Made by a program: the position numbers and the translations under genes
Notes under the pieces: generated by a model
Seen by the model: only the letters and a program-made list of their open reading frames with translations
Database searches by the model: none
Told to the model about the DNA's origin: nothing
Assembly: GCA_002633005.1 (NCBI GenBank)
Contig: NMRA01000018.1
Span: 1,003,531-1,067,530, forward strand
Length of the DNA stretch: 64,000 nt
Direction: 5' to 3'
From: Phoronis australis
Taxonomy: Eukaryota; Animalia; Phoronida
Part shown: piece after piece, positions 10,795 to 21,952 of the stretch
Position numbering within the stretch: position 1 is the first letter of the stretch
Layout of the letters: each line of letters opens with the position of its first letter

Positions 10795-13700
10795 ATGGCC
10801 TGTTCCTCTGTACACGTTGTCGCTTTAAACACTTTGTCTTTGAGCACTGAAAGCAAGGAATTTTCACACAAGAAAGTCCGGTGGATGCGACATTCCACCC
10901 CTGACATTTGTTTCCAAATGCCCCGTTCATCTGACGAAGTCTATGATCCAGCGTTCGTTGGAGCCGTTGGAGGAAATGATCAACAACCAAATGTGGAAAT
11001 CGGTGTAGGATATAGAATATTTTATTTGATGCCAATGTCTGTATAGTGAAAAATCACCTTGTTCCGAGTTTTGAATCCGGGACCTCTCGCTTCAAAGCCA
11101 GCCGTCTTATTAATCAGTCTACAAAATAATGTGAATGAATCTGTGGAGTGTGAGACCCCTGAGGTCCCTGTCAAGTCCTCACGACAATTCTACGTTATGC
11201 ATTGCGTGAGAAACTTGTAAGGCACTTACCCACGATAGTATGGCAAGACATCTAAGTTGTAGGATGGAAATAGTGAGTTTTTGTAACGGTTTTTTCCATA
11301 ATTCATTCTAGCTTCAGTCATAGTCATGTTGCTAGTTTACACCATATGTTTACACGTGCCCAGTATTATTCTGATCAGTTTACTTGCAAATCTTCCGTGC
11401 ACGTGTTCTCGCCAAACTGTTTTGAAACTAGCCATATCTAATGCATCTGACACAATTTGTTATCTCCAGTCACCAGCATCTGTCTATATGATATAGATCA
11501 ATCTCTATCACCAAGCCAGTTACTTGCATTACTGTTCATAACCCCCCCCCCCCGAACAAAGACCTAGAAGTGACAAAATGCCAAGCCTTTTTTCTTAGCC
11601 ATCCAAGTGGGAACATAGTTTTTGATTACAGAACTCTTGGTGTCAACTTCTGTAAAAAAAACTTCTTTAAAAAAAAAACAAAAAAAGTTATTTTCACTAA
11701 ATTATGTGTGTATAGCCTTTAAAATATGAGTGATATTGTACGTATTAGGTTGATGGAATTAGTTTGGTGGTTGACTTGAAAACTATTTATTCTCATAATG
11801 TACTCATCCCCGTTCCCCCTCGGTCACCATTATCTGGCTAACTAATGCTTACAATGTCAAGTGTAATCATGTTTTTCAGGGTTGTGGCATTCCATTATTT
11901 TTGGGAGCTGATATTTTAAACCTCTGTCAACAGCCTTCGAAGTATCATTACAGAATTCACAACAGATTTGCAAAGAAGGGCCTGGCAACAAAAGTGACTC
12001 TGAGTGGTTAGTATTTGAATATACATGGACTCAGCTATGCAGTGAGCTAGGTAGAGAAGAAATAGCAATGAACCTCAAACCTTTCGAAATCATCTTAGGG
12101 CTCACGTGGGCTTAATCGAGCTAATCTTACTGGACGTGTTAATAATACACTTGGGTAGTATTGACTTTTTGTGTATAGCCAGAATGCAAGTTTTCTGACT
12201 TCATAATGCTGCCCAAATTCCTGTTGCTAGGACTACCAATCAAAGACTGATCTGCATAAAATATACGCACTGCATGCCCAAGGAAATTATCTAGATTCCA
12301 AAAAGTATAACATGTAGTAATATATATTGACATGTCTCCAGGAACATTGCAAAATCTTTCACGACATTTAGAAATTTGTTTTTAAGTCAAAAGCGTGTCA
12401 TTTAATTGGCTGTAAAAGCCCCCAATGGATGGCTAAGCATGTTCCACAAAAATCAGGCTTGGGATGAAAGTAAGAAATCTCTACAACTGGAAAAACAGGA
12501 ATCCATGGTTTTCTGGAATTTACAGACAAGAAAATGTTTCGAGAAATTAAAGAGACGAAAAATCTTGGCTAAATCAGATTTCTGACTTTTGGCTAAATTC
12601 AAAGGTCAATAGTCTCTTTGAAAAACAGGCTACAGATGACTGAGACTGTTTCATAAACACAGGATGAGGTTGATAGTCAGGAAATCTGCCTCTAACTTGC
12701 ACGTGTAAACACAGAAATCTGTAGTCTGCTTGATAGGGCAAAAAATGAAAATTTCTCAAAACACAAACTTTAAATTCTGGCTATTCATACTCAGAAGAGG
12801 ATAATTAAGTGGACATGAATAAAGTCCAAGTTGGCATCTTTATCTGGGCAATTAAACTAATTTGATGGAATTTGTTAATCAAAATTGGTGCCGAGTTGTG
12901 TGTTCTTTCAGTTTTATCAGATCTTAACAGAGTTCACATGGAAGGTCTGAATTTTTTTAGTCACAACAGTATTTTCAACATTTAGTGATTTATATATACT
13001 AGCTTTTCTTGTGTGTCTTTTAGGTATTCGACTCCTTGGAATAAACAATTCTAGTCAAGTGTGGTTCTACTCAGTACAGGGTGTCTTTGAAGTTGTGTTT
13101 GAGTTTGGAAGCCGAGTTTTGCAGAGAGAGTTTATAACAAAACTGCAGGTTTGTAGTCTAACTATACACATTCACATGCTGCCTGATCAGAAGGCAAATC
13201 AGTGTTCTGAACTGCGGTCTGAACACAGATTTTCACTTGTGACAATTCATCAGATGTCTGATCCTGCAGTCTTTGTCTGTCCTCGGGTTCAGTGCCAGGT
13301 ATTACTGTGAGAAGATAACATTCATCAAGACAAACGAAATACTAGCCACTGAAATATATACATGGCGCCTCGGTTAAACAGTAACATTAGTTGTGGGGCC
13401 ACGTATGTGTGTCTATGGGAAATCTCAACTCAGACTATTTGGTGAAACACTTAACAAAATCGTCAGCATGACATGGTGAAATTGCCAAATTTTTTGCATT
13501 ATTTAGTGTTTCAAACAACATGTTCTTGGTTTGGAAATTTAATTTTCATGTGTCTTATAGTTAATGTTTTGGTGTTGCGAAAATTCCTGAGTGATGGTGC
13601 CAAAACTAAAAACTTCAATAAAAAATGTGGTACTACTGTATAGTGATTTGAAAAACACAACAGTGATAACATTCAAGTGTGTTCTCTTGGTGTTCCGTAT

Positions 13701-14479
13701 GTGTTTTATGGCTTAAATTGAGTTGCTTTTTATTTTTCAAGCATGTTTGGATGGAAAGCTATGACGACTCGTTGCTAGATGAGAGCATTACCATCTCCAA
13801 GGTCCATTCTGAAACCAACAACATGCAATGTGATTCAAGTTCAAGTACCATGAGATCTGTTCTAGATAATGTCTACCACATTGTTGCCACTACAAGGGAC
13901 ACTGTTTCTTCTGAGGATAATGTGTTGTTGGCTCAGTTGCAACAACTGATTGACGTCTACAAGCGAAATTTACCAGGACTAAGAAGATTTCCCAAAAACC
14001 CCTCTTTCTCAATATTCAGTACTTTTGCATCGTGTTTATGTGATGATGAAGTATTAGGACGCCATGGAAATAATTTAGGCTTGCCAAAAGAACAGCATCT
14101 GTTTATATGCATTGTATGTCAGTGGCTGGGACAGATATTTTATTCACTTCAGGAGACAGTTGACCAAAGTGTTGAATCATTCAAATCGAAACACATAAGA
14201 AGTCTGGACAATCTCCCTCCCCCGCAAAACATTGTCAATGAAGTCTTTCCAAAGTTTATGGGAATTCTGATTTACTCGTGGATGACTGGCAAGACATGCG
14301 GTTCATCTGATGCGCCCTTGGTTGACCACACTTACACAACACGGTTAAGTGAGGAGAACACAGCAGCAGACAGTAGGAACATTTGGCAGTTTGTTCAGCT
14401 GATATTAGAGTTCACAAATAACACTCTGTTGTCGGGTGTTGCACATGTGGTGTATTCTAGACTTATACATGGCACTTAA
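10795..14479 (+). CDS. Conserved-looking uncharacterised protein, 4 coding exons (~400 aa)
   Basis: Exons 10795-11004 (MACSSVHVVALN; 3' end uncertain), 11880-12006 (GCGIPLFLGAD..HNRFAKKGLATKVTLS), 13024-13148 (VWFYSVQGVFEVVFE), 13742-14479 (..LDNLPPPQNIVNEVFPKFM..QLILEFTNNTLLSGVAHVVYSRL*). GT-AG junctions are in phase. Motifs resemble an unnamed metazoan family as I recall it (zebrafish si:ch211-110p13.9-like, unverified). Confidence 0.8.
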
Positions 14480-14559
14480 TGTTTGGCCAAAATAGATGCT
14501 AAAAATACCCAATTAAGACCCTTTTTATTCAGAATTTTACCATTATTTGCGGTCTCGTA

Positions 14560-15127
14560 TGCTGAGTAAGGTAAAATTGGTTATAAAGAATTCAATAATA
14601 ATGCATCTTGAAACCTTAATAGAACCATAGTCTGGAACTTTCTAGAGCCTTGTTTATGTTTACAGAAATTGGCAAGTTCTAGAATGGATTTGTTTACTGA
14701 TAAAAAGTTCCAGAAATGTTTGTTTACTTGTGAAACTTTCTAGAATAGTGCAAGAGACTATAAATATTAGGCACGAGTTAGTGTGAGTCAGTTGAAATTT
14801 AGTTGAATTCGGCTGATTTGAGTAAAGCTACAGTTGAGTTAGAGTTGGGTCGTGTTGCAGTTATAAATTCAGCAGTTACAGCCTTAGTCATTAGAGAGCC
14901 AACTATAGAGACAGCATGTTTTGGAACCAACAATTGCAATAGTTGCTGAAGGTGCCTGAAGAGTCTAGGCTTCGCAGCTCTGCCTGGAGCACAGGGCAGA
15001 CATTATGTCTGTAAGACGTTTTGTCGAGACTAATAAAGTGATTAATTTGAACCATTCTTCAGTGTATCATAGCATCGGTTGGTTACAACCTGCACCCACC
15101 CATTCACGGGAAAACTTAACGCTAACA
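14560..15127 (+). mobile_element. Solo-LTR-like element with a promoter rich in HSE and forkhead motifs
   Basis: Repeated TTCTAGAA/TTCCAGAA and TGTTTAC motifs 14630-14746, TATAAATA at 14759, Inr-like TCAGTT at 14788, AATAAA at 15032, ends ...TAACA at 15127. The 5' boundary and TSD are not resolved. Confidence 0.5.
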
Positions 15128-16976
15128 TTACATGACCTGCCTCAGATTTATTGAAAGGGTATTAGGTTTTTACTTGAAGTAATGGGTACTGTTTATGAGT
15201 TGACCATGTAATTGCTTTGAAACAAAGTCTCTGTAACCCTCATCAATCTCATAAGCCAGAGAAATATGAAAATCCTTACAAAGTCTGCTGGATTTGCCAA
15301 GTGTTAGTAATGGTCAATTTATTGACAGTTGTGGGTTAGGACAGGCAACCTCAATGTGCATGACTTATAAGTTTTGATGACAAATTACAGCCCACACACC
15401 TTGATCACCTGCGAACAGCACATTACCACACCCTTTGTGTTTCTAAGGCAATAAACCTAATCTGGTGGAAATAATTACTGGCCCATTACTTTTTAGCAAA
15501 GTTTTACACACTCAATCATGATAAACTTGAACATTATGAATAGGCTTGACTTGCTGCTTGCCTATGGAGTATCTTGCTGTCACCAGAATTCCTCCATGTC
15601 CTAAGAGACTAAAGCACCGTGCGTAGTCTTGGTGTTGCCATAGTCCCTAAATGCTATTCCCATGTCATGTGACTCATAAAAATTAGTCAATATCGAACTT
15701 GAGTAATCAGTCATATACCAGAGTGGAGGCAGCCCATCGAGCGTTTTTAAAATCCACAGGAATTTGATCAGATGAGAGAATTTGAGCTCACATGAGGTGG
15801 ATTTGTGTAATGCCTTAGTGTCACCAGGTGGTCAACATTATATTGTCAAGCAATATATAAGTATAGAGTTAACTATCCCAAAGGTTGTTACGTAATGTGT
15901 TGCAGTCAAGTATCCCTTGGTCCAGGAGCAGATCGTGTCAATTGAATTTTAGGATCAGTTGGCTTTCAGAAACACTTCAGATGGCGCACTCTGCCATTAA
16001 CATTTCACCACATTCTAGATGTAGCACCTAATGATGGAAGTGACGTGTTAGGTGAATATTGCTTTTATCTTGGGTGAAGTTGTTCTATGGCAGGGTAGGG
16101 AACCAGTTTGAGGGTTTAATACCTGTTTAACTTTTCACTTTCCGTAGCATTGAATAAAAAATTGTTAAATACTAAGAGTAGGCCTATATTTTAATTAATT
16201 TGTTCGTTAAACGCACTATGGATATTTCGTTAAAAGGATATCAAACCTTTTTAGCAGATACTAAAAACGACTTTCCATCCAGTTTTCTAAAACACCAGAA
16301 TGCTCTGTAACTCTCTGACAATCCTCAAAAGGTTGGAGGAAAATTTGATAACTCCCTTCAAATTCTGATAAACAGGCAAGCTTGGCCTACGCTTTTAGCG
16401 AATTTCACGGCAACTGTGGGGATGAAAGACCACCCACCAAGAACATTGATATCCAATTTGTGAGATAGGGAGTACGAGTTTTTAGTTGTTACCTGTCTTT
16501 AACTTGCAAGATGACGGCAATGATGCGATATCAGGTGTCTGAACGAGGCTTGGTTGAAGCTGTCAAAACGGGGTTTAGTATCCTTTTAATGTTTCACAAC
16601 GTACAAGATTTGTGCATGACTGAAAGCTACTCATGAATACAAAGATTTGGTGGTAAACAACTTTCCAAAAAAAGACTTAATGTTTTCTTTCTGCAGTGAT
16701 TACGCCTTCCGTAAAAAGTCGTGGATTAGTAACAAAAATGCAAACGATATGCTTGCCTGTTCAGGGTGCAAGCTAAGTGACTATTGGGGACCTAAATTCT
16801 ATCTCCCACAGAAACGGCAGTCACTGTTCAGTTGACACGAAAATGCATCACACAACCTCATTCTTTGGTTCTTGGTAAGCAGCTTGGATCATACTAGGAA
16901 ATACACGATGGAGACCACTAACTGGACATTTGTCTAGCAATGTTTCTTAACAGACGCACTGCAGCTGCTTTTGTCG

Positions 16977-18296
16977 CTAATTCACTTCTCTTTTATATCT
17001 TAGAAGATATTTCTGTCGTTTCAAATATTCGATGACGTCACTCCAAGACTTTTGACTCATCAGATTCATCATCTCAAGTGCTCCAATGAAAAGATTTTTG
17101 TCATGGACATGCCTAGTTATATCGCCCATCATGTAACGTACTCTTTGAAAGTCATAGCTATTCTTGTCCTCAAACTCCCCATTCATCGACCTGGCTTTGC
17201 CGAAGTCGATCAGTTTGACGCGATTCCTTCCGTTAGACATGTGTACCATCACGTTGCTCAGAGTGATGTCCTGCACGGCCATACCTATTGTGTTCAGAGC
17301 GTGTACTTGTTGACACACGTTAATCATTATATCTAACCAGTCTTTGTCGGATACCTCCATCGTCCCAGCATGTCTATCTATCAAATCGCTCAACACATTC
17401 CATTGTCGTTGCTCGTCCCCTATGTATTCCAGCAGAAGACCCCACGGGATATACACAAAGTCCACTACGAATGGGAAGAGGCCGTAACACCTCGGCCCAA
17501 CCCCCATCGTGTTAGCCTTCAGGGTCATTTCATACTCTTTTTGCACGTCGAGGTATGTCGAATGTTCTTCCAAAAAGGCCTTTAAAGCAAACAAGGAGTT
17601 TCCGTTTTGCAAAAGGTATACTCTTCCAAAGGTACCGCCTCCCAGATAAGTCGGTTTGCCGTTTTTATAGACATGCTTATAATTGTATGGATCGCATATT
17701 ATGTGACCTTTGACGTACCCAGGTGGCATTTTGCAACCCTCGGACTTTAAAAGTATTGGCGGTGCCTGCACGTCCGCCATCTTGTCTCCTGGATTGCCGG
17801 CTATTTTTTTTCTCATGTCAGTCTGGTGAACTGTTGTATTTCTTCCAAGCTTTGTTGCTTTCCTGTTATTTTGCATAACTTGGTTGTTCTTTTTCTGTTG
17901 ATATTGAGTTGAATATCTTTGAAGTGAGGGGTTGCTTCCATCGGCATCTGTCGTCTGACATTGCCATTTGCTCTTTTTATGCCTCTTCAAAAACGTGTCT
18001 TCTAAATGTCCTTCATTGTAATACTTAACCGACATGATCTTTCGTACCATATCCGATATCACTGCCATTGGTTCACATTTTCGTCTGCTGGAAGTAATTC
18101 TTAAAGGGTGCTTCTTAGAGAATTGATCCAGCAAGTCCTCGTATCTGGGGAACTTACTAGTGTTTGCCTTTGACCTTTTACGGTTGTAGTCGCGTATTCT
18201 TTGTTTTGCTTGCTCTCTGGCTTTTGTATTTTTCATCTGTTGTGCTACAAGACAACTATTGTCATCGCTCGTTTCATTTTTCTTTGTAAGCTGCAT
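16977..18296 (-). CDS. Intronless atypical protein kinase-like protein (439 aa): basic N-terminal extension plus minimal kinase domain
   Basis: Gly-loop LGGGTFGRVY, FALK lysine, helix-C Glu (KEYEM), catalytic loop AVQDITLSN, LIDFG; ends ~60 aa after DFG with no APE motif. Confidence 0.85.
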   Translation of the reverse strand: MQLTKKNETSDDNSCLVAQQMKNTKAREQAKQRIRDYNRKRSKANTSKFPRYEDLLDQFSKKHPLRITSSRRKCEPMAVISDMVRKIMSVKYYNEGHLEDTFLKRHKKSKWQCQTTDADGSNPSLQRYSTQYQQKKNNQVMQNNRKATKLGRNTTVHQTDMRKKIAGNPGDKMADVQAPPILLKSEGCKMPPGYVKGHIICDPYNYKHVYKNGKPTYLGGGTFGRVYLLQNGNSLFALKAFLEEHSTYLDVQKEYEMTLKANTMGVGPRCYGLFPFVVDFVYIPWGLLLEYIGDEQRQWNVLSDLIDRHAGTMEVSDKDWLDIMINVCQQVHALNTIGMAVQDITLSNVMVHMSNGRNRVKLIDFGKARSMNGEFEDKNSYDFQRVRYMMGDITRHVHDKNLFIGALEMMNLMSQKSWSDVIEYLKRQKYLLRYKREVN

Positions 18297-19187
18297 ATTG
18301 TGTGCTGACCACGGGTTGATGTTTTTTTAGAATCATTATTGCGCGCGACTGCACAGTTAGCATTTGAAAGTTTACCGCGGGTAGCCCAAATTTTCTTTTG
18401 AGCATTTCTCGCGCTCAATTTGAAGAGACATTAATAGAAATACCGGTTTGTAATTCACGGACAAATACATGTAAACAGAAATAATGGCGACACAAATATT
18501 GAATCTAATTTTAACAATCATACGTTTATAATTATAATATGTTTTTCAAAATTCTAATGTGAACATCTTTTCATTCAGATAAATAACGTAGAAAATAAAT
18601 CTGAAACTAAATAAGGTGATCCAGATCCTCCCAAGGATACTATTGTTTCACGAAATGTAGAATATAAATATCCATTCTTGTTGTTTTATTTACCTGTTTA
18701 TATTCATTCAGATATAATTGTTGTTTTTCCTGCCCCTTATCATTAAAATTAAACTTAAAGAAAATTTAATGGGTCGGTGTTTGCATTATTTTAATATAGC
18801 GCTTCTTGGGGTAAGCGGCTCTGTCATCAAATATAGAAATCAATCAAAAAGATGTCACTTATCGTTTTATTTTTCTTTAATACATTTAGACTACAACTAA
18901 GGTGAGGTTTTTAACGAGCGATGTTTTGGTGCTCCATTTCTATGTTGTTGGGTGTTGATGAGGTTAATCTGTGTATGTTCGCCGCAATTCGATGCTTGAC
19001 CCACTAGGCGATGAATCATGCCTTCGGGCGTTCGTCAGACTTTCAAATTCCTTTGCCTGTCTCATTCTTGTCTGCTGCTTTTGAGGAAGTCTAACTGGAG
19101 GCTGACGCCTGCTAACAACTCGGTGTTGACAGGTCACGACCACTTGCGGATACTTAACACACGAGAATGCGAGTTTCTGGAGCTGAA

Positions 19188-19347
19188 AGAAATGACCGTA
19201 CGTTTTACGGTAGAGAATGTGCTGTAAGCGGGTAATGCATATGTGCTGAAGCCTTTCTTAGGTAGAAATGACCATACGTTTTACGGTAGGGCATGTGCTG
19301 TAAGCAAGTAATGCATATGTCCTGAAGCTTTGCTGGGGTAGAAATGG
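19188..19347. repeat. 76-bp tandem duplication (2 copies)
   Basis: agaaatgaccgtacgttttacggtag...gcatatgtgctgaagc repeated with few substitutions. Confidence 0.85.
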
Positions 19348-19669
19348 TTTAAGGCAGTTTGGTTGAGTCGTCATAGTATTAAGTGGCGTTGGGTATGTCA
19401 CTGATACCGAAATATAAGGATATGTATTCACAGTTTATACAACACTTACCTATGTTCTCTGGTTATCCTTAAAAATGAACTTTGAAAAAATAAATGAAGA
19501 TTATAATTGCTCATCAGATACGATTCGCACACAGGTTTCGAATTTCTAATGTCGTTTCGCCTTACGCTAGATCACAGAATGAAGTGGTAATTGATGGCAT
19601 TTGTTCGAAAGTAGTAAGTTTCTGCATCTCAAAAAATTGTTGGCCACTTGAAACGGGCGATCGAGCCAT

Positions 19670-21952
19670 TCAATCGACAAGGAGGCATACCTCCATTTGC
19701 CCAAATGGTGAAATTTTGTTGTTCCTCAAGTTTATGTATTTTATTGAGGACACGCGAAGCCGCCTCATGCTTTTCGCCAATTGCAGCGCACCCTCCTCGC
19801 CAATCGAGTTGTTCTGCAAGAGAATGGTTGAGAGACGCGGAAGTAGCTCCATGCTGTGCGCTACAGATGCGAGTCCCTTGTTCCCCATTGAATTGCGACT
19901 GAGATCGAGACACTTAAGCTTAGACAGGTTGAGTAGAATGTGCCCGAAAGACGCGATCGATGCGTCCGTCAGGTGGTTGTTAGAGAGTTCCAGTGTTTCT
20001 AGTAACGGACAGTAGGCGAAGTTACTTAAGCTCTTTATCAGTCCAGAGTCTCTTATCATGTTCCCAGATAACTTTAGAACCACTAGGCAGATCGTAGAGA
20101 AAGTGTTGGCCACGTCCACGTAGCCGATGTCTTGTAACTTGCAGTCGGTAAGGTCTAGGTACGACAGCTGGCTCGACCTGTTCAGGAATGCGGCCAGTCG
20201 GCTGGAGGCCTTGTGCGTGACGGGGTTTTTGCTGAGATTGAGCTTTACAACACTGTATTCGACGTCGGTTTCCACATTGTTCAAAAGGTCGAGATAGTAA
20301 CTATTCAGCGCGTTTAGTCCGAAGTTGGACATTTCGACGCCATAGCACTGTGGACAAACGCCGAGGAAATAACCCAAAGTGAGAAGACTGTAAGGCAGTT
20401 TGTCCGGTAGGAAGCAGGCGTTGGTGTAGTCCACCACTCCGTTCTTGGTGAAGTCCTCGATGAAAGATGCCAACTTGGCCGTGTTGTTGTTCTCGTAGAT
20501 GCAGTCGACAGCCAAACGTGTTATTTGGGTCCCACGCATATCGCCTGTAAAACAAAACCGTTCTTATGCGATGCCAAAGATGTGCAACCATTCCGAAATT
20601 TCCTGCCAAACATTTTCCATTCACCAAGTGAAGGCTATTTTCTGTTGGGCTACTACGGCGACGATAACAACTATAAACGCTATACTGCATATTTAAGTAC
20701 AGAAAAAAGTCTTGCATCAATTCAGACTGCTCTGAAATGTCTAGTAACAATGTAAAATCTCTTGCTATCCCTTTCACTCGCCTTTTCTACAAGTTTCCAT
20801 AATGATTGGGAACAACCCGCACTGCATACGGAAGACGTCGTCATATCGTACGTCGAGAGATTCCATTTCTCTCACGTTGGCCAAAATACCGAACAGAAGT
20901 CGACCCACTTCGCCATTGACAAGAGCAGATCTTTGAAAAGAAAAGCTTTATCATTAGAGAACAGAGGTACAGTGGCTGTAAAAGGACGGCACGGCAACTT
21001 TTTTCTCCCTTGCTAACTCTATCGATAGAGTTAATAAGTCTATCGATAGAGTTAGAAACAGAGAAAAATAGTTGCCGTGCCGTCCTTTCACAGTCACCGT
21101 ACAAAGGCATAGACAAACAGGCCAAAAATCTTGATTTTTTGTCAAAATTGCAAACATTATTGTGGAGAGCTCCAGACAGATTTTGTACGGTGTTGTGTTG
21201 ATTCTCAGTGTGACACAGCTCTGCAAAATTTTTGATGATCAGCATCAATTGTTTCTTCTTGATAAGACTAAAAATTGCCCGGTTAAAAAATTCTGGAAAC
21301 GTAGGATTAATACTGCCAAGACAAGTGTTTTGATACTGTGCTGGTATATGACACACTACCCTGTCAAGTAACGAATAGCAGTTGATGAAATCTTGAATCG
21401 CCCTCTGGAAAACTTCCGCACACATTCTTCTGCCAAATAACGTGCCACAATGTAATTAGCAATGAGTGTGTCACAGAAAGTGCACCAGCGGTTGTTGCTA
21501 TCAACTGTTAATATGCCCCTTGTTGTTTGAGGTATGTTTTCGCTGTCATCATTCTCTTCTGAGGCCAGAGTAAATGTAGTGATAGCTTTTTTGACCGAAG
21601 CAACAGTAATTTTGTTATAAATCTTCTTCATGACGTTTTTGTAAGTTATCCGACCTATTGCATAGATTGTCCTTCTCATCAGGAACTGCACTTCGTCGTT
21701 ATAAGAGCGATGCTTGAAATGGTGTCTTTGAAAGTGGTCGAAGTAACCACTGTAGAAGGATGTCAACGACTGAGGAACTGTGTTATTGTCTAACGACGAG
21801 TTGACATATTCTTGAAGGAGAGGTATCTGCATTATTTCGTCTTGCATATAAAGAAGAACTGGGTGTTTTTTATATAGGTTACTGTAGTCTTTAGCATCTT
21901 CTAACACCATTTTGCCGGAATCAGTGTTGAAAATAAATTGAACAATGAACAA
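19670..21952 (-). pseudogene. NLR-like (NACHT-associated helical region plus ribonuclease-inhibitor-type LRRs) gene, frameshifted and MITE-interrupted
   Basis: 21952-21356 resembles post-NACHT HD1/winged helix (QIPLL..PQSLTSFY..IGRITY..GIL..TFCDTLIANYIVARYL, cf. FxHxxxQEYLAAxYL). 20539-19670 has 6-7 RI-like LRRs (LDLTDCKLQDIG, LKLSGNMIRDSG, LELSNNHLTDAS, LDLSRNSMGNKG, LLQNNSIGEEG). The middle needs several frame switches. No P-loop found. Confidence 0.7.
20970..21099. mobile_element. 130-bp Tc1/mariner-type MITE with TA target duplication, inside the NLR-like gene
   Basis: TA-CAGTGGCTGTAAAAGGACGGCACGGCAAC ... GTTGCCGTGCCGTCCTTTCACAGTCACCG-TA; almost wholly palindromic. Confidence 0.85.

Noticed and set aside
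11050-11125. tRNA gene on the minus strand
   Set aside because: Only a degenerate T-arm/B-box-like stretch; more likely a SINE remnant, too decayed to call.
19494-20015. 173-aa plus-strand ORF
   Set aside because: Antisense shadow of the LRR ORF with no independent motif.
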